A DNA stretch of 64,000 nucleotides from Solirubrobacterales bacterium (GTDB lineage: Bacteria; Actinomycetota; Thermoleophilia; Solirubrobacterales; 70-9), in assembly GCA_044868125.1 (NCBI GenBank), contig JBIOWB010000143.1:2150-66149 (forward strand). Reading direction: 5' to 3'. The position numbers and the translations under genes are program-made. Of the stretch, positions 7,039-15,192 are shown piece after piece (within the stretch, counting starts at the first letter, position 1; each line of letters opens with the position of its first letter). Below the pieces are notes generated by a model. The model was not told the origin of the DNA. It ran no database searches and saw only the letters and a program-made list of their open reading frames with translations.

Positions 7039-8586
7039 ATGTGCCCGATGAACAACGTCGAGTCGATCTTCGTTCTCATCCTCGCCGCCGCCCTGCTGGT
7101 GCGGCTCGCCGACTACGGCAAGATCCCGGCGCCGATCGTGCTCGTTCTCGGCGGCCTCGCGATCGCCTTCGTCCCCGGCCTGCCCAGCGTCGAGCTCGAT
7201 CCCGACACGGTCTTCCTCGTCTTCCTGCCGCCGCTGGTCTACGCCGCCGGCTGGCGCACCTCGCCGCAGGAGCTGCGAGCGGTGATGCGGCCGCTGGCGC
7301 TGCTCGCGGTCGCGCTCGTTTTCGTCGCCGCCGCCGCGGTCGCGGTGGTCGCGCACGCGCTGGTACCGGGGATGAGCTGGGCCGAGGCGGCGATCCTCGG
7401 CGCCGTCCTCGCCCCCACCGACGCCGTCGCCGCGACCTCGATCTTCCGCCGTCTCGGCGCCCCCGAGCGGGTGCGGCTGCTGGTCGAAGGCGAGTCGATG
7501 ATCAACGACGGCACCGCTTTGGTCCTCTACCGGATCGCGGTCGGGGTGGCGACCGGCGCCGCCTTCAGCCTCGGTGACGCGGCGCTCGAATTCGTCGCCG
7601 TCTCGCTCGGCGGCATCGCGGTCGGGATCGCGGTCGGCGTCCTCTCCGACCTCGTCGTCCGCCGCCAGACCGACGCCGGGCTCTCGATCGTCCTCACCGT
7701 CCTCACCGCCTACGGCGCCTACTTCGGCGCCGAGGAACTGCACGTCTCCGGCATCCTCGCCGCCGTCGTCGCCGGGCTCTACGGCGGCTACCGCTCGCAC
7801 CGCTCGCTCGACGCCGACATCCGCCTCAGCGCGATCGCCTTCTGGGGCGTCCTCGTCTACGGGCTGGAGATCACCCTCTTCGTCCTTCTCGGCTTGGAGC
7901 TGCCCGCGATCGTCGACACCCTCAACGAAACCTCCTCGGGGGTGAGCGAGCTGTGGGGGCCGGTGGCGGCGCTCGCCGCCACCTCGATCGGAGTCCGCCT
8001 TGCCTTCGTCTTCGCGATGGGCTCCGACGCGGGCGAAACCGCCGGCCAGCGCTTCGCCGTCGGCTGGAGCGGGATGCGCGGCGCCGTGTCCCTCGCCGCC
8101 GCGCTGGCGGTGCCGCTCAGCGTCTCGGCGCGGCCGCAGATCATCTTCCTCACCTTCGCCCTGATCCTCGTCACGTTGGTCGGCCAGGGCCTTTCGCTGC
8201 CGTTCATCGTCCGGGCGCTGGGACTGGAGGAGCCGCGACGCTGGTCCGACGAAGAGGCGGTGGCGCGGATGGAGGCGGCGCAGTCGGCTCTGGACCGAAT
8301 CGACGAGATGGAGGACGACGAGCGCGCCTCCGAGACCCAGCTGAAGCGCCTGCGCGACCTCTACCGTGCCCGTTTTCGCACCTGCCAGGCAGTCCTCGGC
8401 GGCGAGGATCCCGAGGTAGCCGCCCGTGAACAACGCATCGCCGACTACGGGGAGCTGCGAAGAGAGCTGATCGGAATAGAGCGCGAGGAGCTGCTCGACC
8501 TGCGACAGGCCGGACGCTTGCGCAACCAAACCCTGCGCCAAATCGAGCGCGACCTCGATCTGGAGGAGGCTCGGATCAGGTCCTAG
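7039..8586 (+). CDS. Na+/H+ antiporter (CPA1/NhaP-type)
   Basis: Multi-TM N-terminal domain (PAPIVLVLGGLAIAF..., FLPPLVYAAGW, INDGTALVLY) plus a cytoplasmic C-terminal helical tail. The start may instead be ATG 7048. Confidence 0.85.
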   Translation: MCPMNNVESIFVLILAAALLVRLADYGKIPAPIVLVLGGLAIAFVPGLPSVELDPDTVFLVFLPPLVYAAGWRTSPQELRAVMRPLALLAVALVFVAAAAVAVVAHALVPGMSWAEAAILGAVLAPTDAVAATSIFRRLGAPERVRLLVEGESMINDGTALVLYRIAVGVATGAAFSLGDAALEFVAVSLGGIAVGIAVGVLSDLVVRRQTDAGLSIVLTVLTAYGAYFGAEELHVSGILAAVVAGLYGGYRSHRSLDADIRLSAIAFWGVLVYGLEITLFVLLGLELPAIVDTLNETSSGVSELWGPVAALAATSIGVRLAFVFAMGSDAGETAGQRFAVGWSGMRGAVSLAAALAVPLSVSARPQIIFLTFALILVTLVGQGLSLPFIVRALGLEEPRRWSDEEAVARMEAAQSALDRIDEMEDDERASETQLKRLRDLYRARFRTCQAVLGGEDPEVAAREQRIADYGELRRELIGIEREELLDLRQAGRLRNQTLRQIERDLDLEEARIRS

Positions 8587-8587
8587 G

Positions 8588-8630
8588 AGGGGTTCGGCGG
8601 ACAACAGCGGGGAGCGTCCGGCGAACCCCT
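8588..8630. terminator. hairpin between convergent genes (bidirectional terminator candidate)
   Basis: AGGGGTTCG (8588-8596) pairs with CGAACCCCT (8622-8630), plus 3 further bp. It sits 2 nt after the antiporter stop. Confidence 0.45.
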
Positions 8631-8643
8631 CCCCGACCCCGAC

Positions 8644-9513
8644 TCACGCCGCGAAGAACTCCCGGGCTCTTTCGGCGACCAGCTGGGGCATCTCGTCGGC
8701 GATGAAGTGGCCGCAGCCCTCCACTTTCTCCAGGGTCATGTCGTCTGCATGTTGCTCGTAGCCGGATAGGAGGTTGTGGTTGAGGGCGGCGTCGCCGGTG
8801 CCGAAGAGGAGCTTGGTGGGGACTTGGAGGCGGGATTTGGCGTAGCGGCCTTTGGCGATATCCCTTGCCTCGCGGAGGTTGAAGACCCGGTACATCTGCA
8901 CCGCCGCCATCGCCCGCTCCGGCTCGGTGAAGGTGTCGGAGAAGGCGTGAAGGGTGGCGTCGTCCCAGACCTCGCGCCGCACCGAGCCGCCGGCCAGGAC
9001 TTTCGGGATGAACCTGCCGCTGCGGTGGAGGCGGTAGCCGATCCCCGGGCTGAGGATCAGCCACTGGTACCAGAAGCGCCAGAGGTGCGGCGCCATCGCC
9101 CGCATGCTCGTCCAGGGCGGCAGGATGTTCAGCGCCAGGTAGCGCTGGAAGCGCTCCGGCTCGCGCAGGCAGAGGAGGAAGCCGATCCAGCCGCCCCAAT
9201 CGTGGCCGACCAGCTTCACCCGTTTCAGCCCGAGCTCGTCGAGGACGGCGAGCACGTCGTCGGCGAGGTTCTCCTTCTCGTAGCCGTCCGCGGGAGCCTC
9301 GGACCAGCCGAAACCGCGCTGGTCGAGGGCGATGACGCGATGACGGTCGGCCAGTGCCGGCATCAGGTGGCGCCACTCGTACCAGTGCTGCGGCCAGCCG
9401 TGCAGGCAGAGGACGACGTCGTCGCCGGTCCCCGCTTCGGCGTAGTGGAGCTCGACCCCGCGGGCGCGAACCTGGTGGTGGGTGACACCGTCGACGTGAG
9501 GCAAACCGCTCAC
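8644..9513 (-). CDS. alpha/beta hydrolase (epoxide hydrolase / haloalkane dehalogenase-like)
   Basis: HGWPQHWYEW, DQRGFGWS and GHDWGG nucleophile-elbow region. GTG start. Confidence 0.85.
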   Translation of the reverse strand: MSGLPHVDGVTHHQVRARGVELHYAEAGTGDDVVLCLHGWPQHWYEWRHLMPALADRHRVIALDQRGFGWSEAPADGYEKENLADDVLAVLDELGLKRVKLVGHDWGGWIGFLLCLREPERFQRYLALNILPPWTSMRAMAPHLWRFWYQWLILSPGIGYRLHRSGRFIPKVLAGGSVRREVWDDATLHAFSDTFTEPERAMAAVQMYRVFNLREARDIAKGRYAKSRLQVPTKLLFGTGDAALNHNLLSGYEQHADDMTLEKVEGCGHFIADEMPQLVAERAREFFAA

Positions 9514-9528
9514 AGCCGACAGCCTAGG

Positions 9529-9579
9529 CGAACTGCATCAAATCCTGGCTCTCCTACAACCAGAATTTGATGCAGTTCG
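9529..9579. terminator. perfect 15-bp inverted repeat with 21-nt loop between thrC and the hydrolase gene
   Basis: CGAACTGCATCAAAT (9529-9543) and ATTTGATGCAGTTCG (9565-9579). Could be a thrC terminator or an operator for the hydrolase gene. Confidence 0.45.
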
Positions 9580-9652
9580 ATCCGTCGGCCGGCGCAGGCG
9601 TGGCGACCGGCTGCGCGCCGGGAGGTCGCGCCGGTCGCCTACCCCCTTCCGC

Positions 9653-10966
9653 TCAGCGCAGCGCGGCCGCGGCTGCCTGGCGGAAGTCGTTGAGAACTTC
9701 CTCCATCGCCCCGACCTCGCAGGGAACGCCTTCCGGCCAGGGCTTGTCCGGATGCTCCTGAAGCGTCTTCAGGCCGTTGCCGCTGATCACCGCGACGACG
9801 ACCTCGTCGGGTCCGAGCTTCCCTTCCTGGGCGAGCCGAGCGGTCGAGGCGATCGTGGTGCCGCCAGCCGGCTCGGTGAGGATTCCCTCGGTCTGGCCGA
9901 GCAGGTCGATCGCGTTCCAGATCTCCTCGTCGGGGACCGCCGCCGCCGAGCCGCCGCGGGAGCGGACCGCGTCGACGACGAGACCGCCGTCGCCCGGGGC
10001 GCCGATCGCCAGCGAGTGCGCCGCCGTCTCCGGCGTCTGCGGCTCGATCTCGCCGCCGCTGCGAATCGCGGTGGAGATCGGCGAGCAGCCGCTCGCCTGG
10101 GCGATGTCGATCTTCGAATGCGCGGTCTCGGCGAGACCGACCTTCTCCAGCTCGAGCAGCCCCTTGTGGACGCGCGAGGAGAGGGTCCCGCCCGCGGCCG
10201 GGATCACGAAGTGGTCGGGTGCCTTCCAGCCCAGCTCCTCGACGACCTCGAAGGCCATCGTCTTCGCCCCCTCGGCGTAGAACGGGCGCAGGGTGATGTT
10301 GGCGAACTCCATCCCGGTCGTGATCGCCAGCTCGCGACAGGCGCGGTTGGCCTGGTCGTAGTTGGCGTCGAGCTGGATCACCTGGGCGCCCATCGCGCGA
10401 CAGGCCTTCGCCTTCCCCTTCTCCATGTTGCCCGGATAGAAGATGTAGGGCGCAGCCCCCGCCTGAGCCGCCAACGAGGCGACGGCGGTGCCGACGTTGC
10501 CGGTCGAGACGCAGCCGACCTCGTCCTTGCCCAGCTCCAGCAGGCGCGCGATCGCCATCCCGACGACGCGGTCCTTGTAGGAGAGCGAGGGCCGGTTGGT
10601 CGAGTCGTCCTTCAGGTAGAGGCTGCCGAGGCCGAGCTCGGCGCCGAGCCGCTCGGCGTGGATCAGCGGCGTTTTGCCGGCGAACCGAGCCACCCGCTGC
10701 TGGGCGCGGCGACTGACGATCGGCAACAGCTCCTCGAAGCGCCAGACGTTCCACGGACGGCCCTCGAGTCCCCGCTCGGCGATCGCCTCTCTGGCGCGCT
10801 CGTAGTCGTAGTCGATGTCGAGGCCTTCGCCGCAGGCCGGGCACTTGAAGGCGGTGTCCAGCAGCGGCGTCCGGTAACCGCAGTCGCGGCAGGCGAGTTC
10901 GGTGGCGCAGGAGCTGGTCCGGTGCCCATAGGGCTCGGTGAGATGCGGATCCACCGCGTCACTCAT
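9653..10966 (-). CDS. thrC: threonine synthase with N-terminal zinc-ribbon
   Basis: CRDCGY...CPACG ribbon. PLP lysine context PSLSYKDRVVG. GNVG and SGNGLK motifs. Strong SD AAAGGAGGAG upstream. Confidence 0.85.
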   Translation of the reverse strand: MSDAVDPHLTEPYGHRTSSCATELACRDCGYRTPLLDTAFKCPACGEGLDIDYDYERAREAIAERGLEGRPWNVWRFEELLPIVSRRAQQRVARFAGKTPLIHAERLGAELGLGSLYLKDDSTNRPSLSYKDRVVGMAIARLLELGKDEVGCVSTGNVGTAVASLAAQAGAAPYIFYPGNMEKGKAKACRAMGAQVIQLDANYDQANRACRELAITTGMEFANITLRPFYAEGAKTMAFEVVEELGWKAPDHFVIPAAGGTLSSRVHKGLLELEKVGLAETAHSKIDIAQASGCSPISTAIRSGGEIEPQTPETAAHSLAIGAPGDGGLVVDAVRSRGGSAAAVPDEEIWNAIDLLGQTEGILTEPAGGTTIASTARLAQEGKLGPDEVVVAVISGNGLKTLQEHPDKPWPEGVPCEVGAMEEVLNDFRQAAAAALR

Positions 10967-11115
10967 GACTCCTCCTTTGCCGCCGATCCCTCGGCGCTAA
11001 GTCGACCAATCGCAGGGGTATAACACATGGGTTGCTGCTGCTCAATGCTTTCTGCGCAAAAAGCTCTCTCCGACGCGCGCACTAATTTCAGCACGGTAGC
11101 GGAACGAGAAGCGCG

Positions 11116-11165
11116 CGCAAACGCATATATGTGTGTCGTCTGTAGAGTTTCTGTCCGCAAACGCA
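11116..11165 (+). promoter_or_regulatory. candidate promoter/operator of XRE gene 1: direct repeat CGCAAACGCA x2 flanking TAGAGT
   Basis: Identical 10-mers at 11116-11125 and 11156-11165 (40-nt period). TAGAGT at 11143-11148. SD AAAGGA at 11165-11170. Confidence 0.3.
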
Positions 11166-11179
11166 AAGGATCCCCTCGA

Positions 11180-11440
11180 ATGACCCCTCAAGAGCGCTTC
11201 GCAATCAACCTTCGTCGAGCCCGTGCCGAGGCCGGCGTCTCACAGGAAGAGCTCGGCTACATCTGCGATCTGCACCGCACCGAGGTGTCGCTGCTCGAGC
11301 GCGCCGGACGCGAGCCGCGCCTGGCGACGATCGTCAAGCTTGCCGGCGCGCTGAACGTGAAACCGGCCCAGCTCTGCGACGGCATCTCGTGGCTGCCGAA
11401 AGCGCGCCGCTTCGACGTCAAGCGGCCGCCGAAGCAATAA
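11180..11440 (+). CDS. XRE-family helix-turn-helix transcriptional regulator (paralog 1)
   Basis: FAINLRRARAEAGVSQEELGYICDLHRTEVSLLERAGREPRLATIVKLAGAL. About 60% identical by eye to the ORF at 53797-54051. Confidence 0.8.
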   Translation: MTPQERFAINLRRARAEAGVSQEELGYICDLHRTEVSLLERAGREPRLATIVKLAGALNVKPAQLCDGISWLPKARRFDVKRPPKQ

Positions 11441-11475
11441 AAGGGGCGGGTGCCACCCCATTGGCCCCGCCCCTT
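11441..11475 (+). terminator. GC-rich hairpin immediately after the XRE stop, with loop ACCCCAUU
   Basis: AAGGGGCGGG (11441-11450) pairs with CCCGCCCCTT (11466-11475), extended by GCC/GGC. No U tract. Confidence 0.45.
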
Positions 11476-11496
11476 CGATGCGATCGAAAGGTCGAT

Positions 11497-11628
11497 GAAG
11501 GGAGGCGGGGCGACGTCGGCCGTGCCGACGTGACCAGGATCCGTCATGACGATTTAGATCCTGGCTCAGGATCGGTCCTCCTTTGCCACCCCAAGGCGGT
11601 TTCCCTGATCCGAGACCCCGCCTCCTTC
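11497..11628. ncRNA. candidate structured RNA: four-way junction (closing helix plus three hairpins)
   Basis: P1 is 11497-11510 / 11616-11628 (13 bp, 1 bulge). H2 is 11513-11531 (7 bp). H3 is 11534-11564 (8 bp). H4 is 11565-11614 (8 bp, 1 bulge) with an inner GCC-ACCCCAA-GGC hairpin. Linkers are 0-2 nt. Strand undetermined. Confidence 0.3.
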
Positions 11629-11741
11629 ACCGGTTGATCGCCCGGCACGCGCATTCATAACACACCGTCTTGTATCAATCAAGGGTGTTTGCTCAATCGT
11701 CACAGCCTTTGTTACAGACGATCGGGAGAGCGCGGCGTTCC

Positions 11742-13982
11742 CTACGAAGCGGCGGTGGGAGCGGGCTGGACGGGGATGTCCGCGCTCTCCGGCCAGACCT
11801 CGAGAGCCTCGGCGCTGTCCTCGACGCCGAGCGCAACCAGCAGCTCCTCGGCCGTGTGGGGGGCGAATGGGAGCAGGGTCCGCGCCAGGAGGGCGAGCGC
11901 TGCGAGCTGGGCCTCGGCGTCGGCGCGGTCGAGCCGGCCGCGGCGTTTGACCACCCGCTTCTCGAAGTCCTGGATCCGCTCGAAGAGGCGGGTGATGTTG
12001 CGGACCGACTTGTGCATCTGCAGGTCGGCGGTGTCGTCGGTGATTCGCGCGAGGCCGTTCTCGCACCATTTGCGCAGACGGTCGCGCATGTGCTCGGTGT
12101 CGGCGGCCGCCGCCGGATCGTGCGCGAGGCTCTCCAGCCCCGCCAGGCGCTCGAACGTGTAGTTCCAGAGGCTGCGCAGGAAGCGGGCGGCGAAACGGAC
12201 CGCGCCGTCGCTCCAGTTCAGCGTCTTCGCCGGCCCGGCCGCGTACAGGACGGCCAACCGCACGGTGTCGGCGCCGTGCTCGGCGACCAGCTCGTCGGGG
12301 TCGACGACGTTGCCGAGGTGCTTGCTCATCTTGCGCCCGTCGGCGATCACCATCTCGTGGAAGAGGCAGCCGGCGAACGGCTCCCCCTCCTCCATGAAGG
12401 CAAAGGGACCGATATCGCGCAGCGCCTTGGTGACGACCCGCTGGTCGAAGACGAAGCCGCCGCTGTCGTTGCCGGCGACCAGCCGCTCGGACGGCAACCA
12501 CCTCTGCAGGTCGGGATGGGTGAACATCCGCTCGTCGCGGTCCTCGGGCGGGACCGCCGCTGGCACCCAGAGCCAGAGCGCGTCGAAGTGGCAGTCGAGG
12601 GTGTCGGTCTCGCGCCTGGCGGCGGCGCCGCACTTCGGGCACTCGACGTCGACGAAGTCGGGGCGCTCGGCGAGCGGGTTCCCTTCGCCGGTGGGCTTGA
12701 TGTCTCGGGGGAGGACGACCGGCAGGTCCTCCTCGGAGACCGGCTGCGGGCCGCACTCGTCGCAGAGAATGACCGGGATCGGCGTCCCCCAGGAGCGCTG
12801 GCGGGAGATCGAGAAGTCGTTGGCGCGGTAGCGGATCGTCTCACGGGCGCCCTCGACCGGGGCGGGCGCGGGCCCCTCCCCCTCCTCGGGCGCGGCCGGG
12901 ACCTCGACCCGATCGAGCCGCTCGGCGAGGTCACGGTCGGCCTCGTTGATCGCGGGGATCCCCAGCGCCGCGGTCGGCCCGAAGCGGGCGTCGACCAGCG
13001 GCGTCACCGCCACCGGCAGCTCCCCACCGTCCGGGCCCGGGATCGAAAGGCCGGTGTCGACCAGCGGCACCGAGCGGGCGTCGCGGGCGCTGCGCTCCCA
13101 GCCACCCGAGCGCATCTTCTCCAGCTCCTCGCGCACCGAGTCGCCGGCGACCCACGCGTCGACGCCTGGGTGACGCGGCGAGAGCAGGACGAAGGCGGCG
13201 CGAGCGGCGAACTTGCGGTGGGGGGTGAAGACCGTCAGCGAGCGCCCCTCGCCCTGCAGGTCGAGCTCGACCCCCTCGGAGCGACCGAGGATGTAGCGCT
13301 GGGTCGCCAGCGAGAGCTCATCCCACTTCCCACCCTGCTCCAAGCGCGCGGTGTTGCGGTCGTTCTCCTCGAGGTAGGGGGTGATGCGCAGGAACCAGGT
13401 CGGGCGGCGAATCAGCCGCACCTCGTTGTGGCAGCGCCAGCAGCGCCCGTCCTCGACCTGGATCGAAGCGAGCGTGGTCTGGCAGGTGTCGCACCAGTCG
13501 ACGGTGGCGTCGTCGCGGTAGATCAGGTCGCGCTCCCAGAGCGTGTTGAAGAGCCACTGCGACCAGCGGTACTGGCCCTCGTCGGAGCTGTAGAAGACGC
13601 GGTCGTAGTCGAAGGAGAAGCCGAGCCGCTTCATCTGCCCGAGCATGCGCTCGCCGCACTCGGCGACCCAGTCGGCGGGCGGCTCCTGGCGCTCGATCGC
13701 CGCCAGCTCGGCCGGCAGCCCGAAGGCGTCGAAGCCGAACCCGAACAGGACCGCGTCGCCGCGGCCGCGGCGGAAGCGCGCGTAGGCGTCGCCGATCGAG
13801 TAGTCGCGGACGTGGCCCATGTGCAGGTTGCCCGAGGTGAACGGGCTCGAGGGCTTGACGTAGACGTGCTCCTGCCCCTCCTTGGACGTGGGCGCGTCGA
13901 AGTCGCCGCGCCGCTGCCAGGCCTCCTGGCGCGCGGGCTCGATCGCCTGCGGGTCGTACTGCTTCCTGCCGTTGCTCATCAC
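11742..13982 (-). CDS. leuS: leucine--tRNA ligase (short form, divergent CP1 region)
   Basis: HMGH (HIGH) motif, KMSKH (KMSKS) motif, Zn-knuckles CDTC...CWRC and CDEC...CPKC, and a GRSEG entry to CP1. Only 746 aa. Confidence 0.9.
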   Translation of the reverse strand: MMSNGRKQYDPQAIEPARQEAWQRRGDFDAPTSKEGQEHVYVKPSSPFTSGNLHMGHVRDYSIGDAYARFRRGRGDAVLFGFGFDAFGLPAELAAIERQEPPADWVAECGERMLGQMKRLGFSFDYDRVFYSSDEGQYRWSQWLFNTLWERDLIYRDDATVDWCDTCQTTLASIQVEDGRCWRCHNEVRLIRRPTWFLRITPYLEENDRNTARLEQGGKWDELSLATQRYILGRSEGVELDLQGEGRSLTVFTPHRKFAARAAFVLLSPRHPGVDAWVAGDSVREELEKMRSGGWERSARDARSVPLVDTGLSIPGPDGGELPVAVTPLVDARFGPTAALGIPAINEADRDLAERLDRVEVPAAPEEGEGPAPAPVEGARETIRYRANDFSISRQRSWGTPIPVILCDECGPQPVSEEDLPVVLPRDIKPTGEGNPLAERPDFVDVECPKCGAAARRETDTLDCHFDALWLWVPAAVPPEDRDERMFTHPDLQRWLPSERLVAGNDSGGFVFDQRVVTKALRDIGPFAFMEEGEPFAGCLFHEMVIADGRKMSKHLGNVVDPDELVAEHGADTVRLAVLYAAGPAKTLNWSDGAVRFAARFLRSLWNYTFERLAGLESLAHDPAAAADTEHMRDRLRKWCENGLARITDDTADLQMHKSVRNITRLFERIQDFEKRVVKRRGRLDRADAEAQLAALALLARTLLPFAPHTAEELLVALGVEDSAEALEVWPESADIPVQPAPTAAS

Positions 13983-14021
13983 TTCAATGATGACTGAGGC
14001 GACAAGCGCTCCGCCTGACGC

Positions 14022-14450
14022 CTAACTGAAGGTCCAGAGCTTGTTGCCCAAGAAGTTGAAGGGCATGGCCACGGCGACGGCGATTGCCTGGGCGGTCAGA
14101 TCGCCCGTGAGGTGGTTGAAGATCAGCAGCTCCAACACGGCGATGTTGAGGCCGAGGGAGGCGAGGCTGACGGCGAAGAAGCGGGCGGCCTGGAAGTGGG
14201 CCGGGCCGTCGCCGGGGCCGAAGGTCCAGCAGCGGTTCCAGAGGAAGTTGTTGGTGACGGCGACGCAGAAGGCGCCGACCGCCGCGGCCGCGTGGTGTAC
14301 GCCGAGGCTGCCCGCCAGCAGGGCGAAGACGGCGAGGTTGATCAGGTAGCCGGAGCCGCCGACGAGGCCGAATTTGCACAGCTGAACCCAGCTGGCCGGG
14401 CGGCGGGCGGCGGCGCTGATCCGATAGGCGAGCTCGGTGGCGGGGCTCAT
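14022..14450 (-). CDS. GtrA-family membrane protein
   Basis: KFGLVGGSGYLINLAVF...NNFLWNRCWTF...NFLGNKLWTF, the typical GtrA pattern. Confidence 0.8.
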   Translation of the reverse strand: MSPATELAYRISAAARRPASWVQLCKFGLVGGSGYLINLAVFALLAGSLGVHHAAAAVGAFCVAVTNNFLWNRCWTFGPGDGPAHFQAARFFAVSLASLGLNIAVLELLIFNHLTGDLTAQAIAVAVAMPFNFLGNKLWTFS

Positions 14451-14523
14451 CGCGAACGGGCCAGGTTAACGAGAGGGCCGGGTGCACCCGTTTTCCGCCC
14501 GGCTGCGTAGTCTTCCCGCTCCG

Positions 14524-15162
14524 ATGCGGGCAAGGACTGCAACCGTGGCGGCCGTCGCCCTGGCCGCCGTCGCCGTGGCGCTGGCGCTGGCCTTCGGCGG
14601 CAAGGAGAGCTCCGACGCCGCCCAGGCGGAGAGCGGCGTGCCGGGCGAACCTTCGGTGGAAGTCATCTCGCCGCGCAACGGCGCCCGCCAGACCGCCCGC
14701 GCGGTCGTGGTCAAGGTCGAGGTCGAGAACTTCGAGCTGGCGCCACGCCAGTTCGGCGGCGAACCGCAGCTCGGCGAGGGCCATCTGCGCTTCAGCCTCA
14801 ACCGCGTCCCCGACTGCGTCGACCCGAAGAAGCTCGAAGACGCGATCAACAGCCCGCTCGGCAAAGGCCGCCTGCAGGGGAGGTCCTTCGACTACGCCAA
14901 GTACGCGGGGCCGAACGGGGTCCTGGCCGAGCGGATCGGCAGCGCCGGCAGCTATTCCCCCGCCACCCGGCCGGAGATCTACTACCACGCCCTCCCCCCC
15001 GGCTTCTACCGCCTGATCGTCAACCTCGCCCAGAACAACGGCGCCACCACCCAGGTCCACGCCGTCACCAACTTCCAGATCCTGCAGCCGCCCGGCCACC
15101 ACGCGAGAAAGTGCGAAGACGGCAAAGTGCCGAGCGCCAAGGCCGCCGCGCGCCTTCAATAG
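14524..15162 (+). CDS. hypothetical exported/membrane-anchored protein
   Basis: MRARTATVAAVALAAVAVALALAF signal/anchor. High GC3. No motif I can name with confidence. Confidence 0.55.
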   Translation: MRARTATVAAVALAAVAVALALAFGGKESSDAAQAESGVPGEPSVEVISPRNGARQTARAVVVKVEVENFELAPRQFGGEPQLGEGHLRFSLNRVPDCVDPKKLEDAINSPLGKGRLQGRSFDYAKYAGPNGVLAERIGSAGSYSPATRPEIYYHALPPGFYRLIVNLAQNNGATTQVHAVTNFQILQPPGHHARKCEDGKVPSAKAAARLQ

Positions 15163-15179
15163 CCCAATACTTCACTTTG

Positions 15180-15185
15180 TATAGT
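15180..15185 (+). promoter_or_regulatory. candidate -10 box TATAGT, 7 nt upstream of ATG 15193 (leaderless geometry)
   Basis: TATAGT followed by cggtggg then ATG. No SD possible. Confidence 0.4.
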
Positions 15186-15192
15186 CGGTGGG

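Noticed and set aside
11027-11179. In-frame N-terminal extension of XRE paralog 1 (MGCCCSMLSAQK...), giving a 137-aa ORF.
   Set aside because: The extension lies in the AT-rich promoter region with poor GC3. Paralog 2 has no equivalent. An SD (AAAGGA) precedes ATG 11180.
11557-11585. GATCCTGGCTCAGGA is identical to the conserved 5' end of bacterial 16S rRNA. It is immediately followed by GGATCGGTCCTCCTTT, which resembles the 16S 3' end (GGATCACCTCCTTT).
   Set aside because: There is only about 30 nt with no rRNA body. The first motif is simply one arm of hairpin H3 (its complement CCAGGATC lies 15 nt upstream). I treat this as coincidence, although the CCUCCUU part is noted as an anti-SD-like motif in the ncRNA finding.
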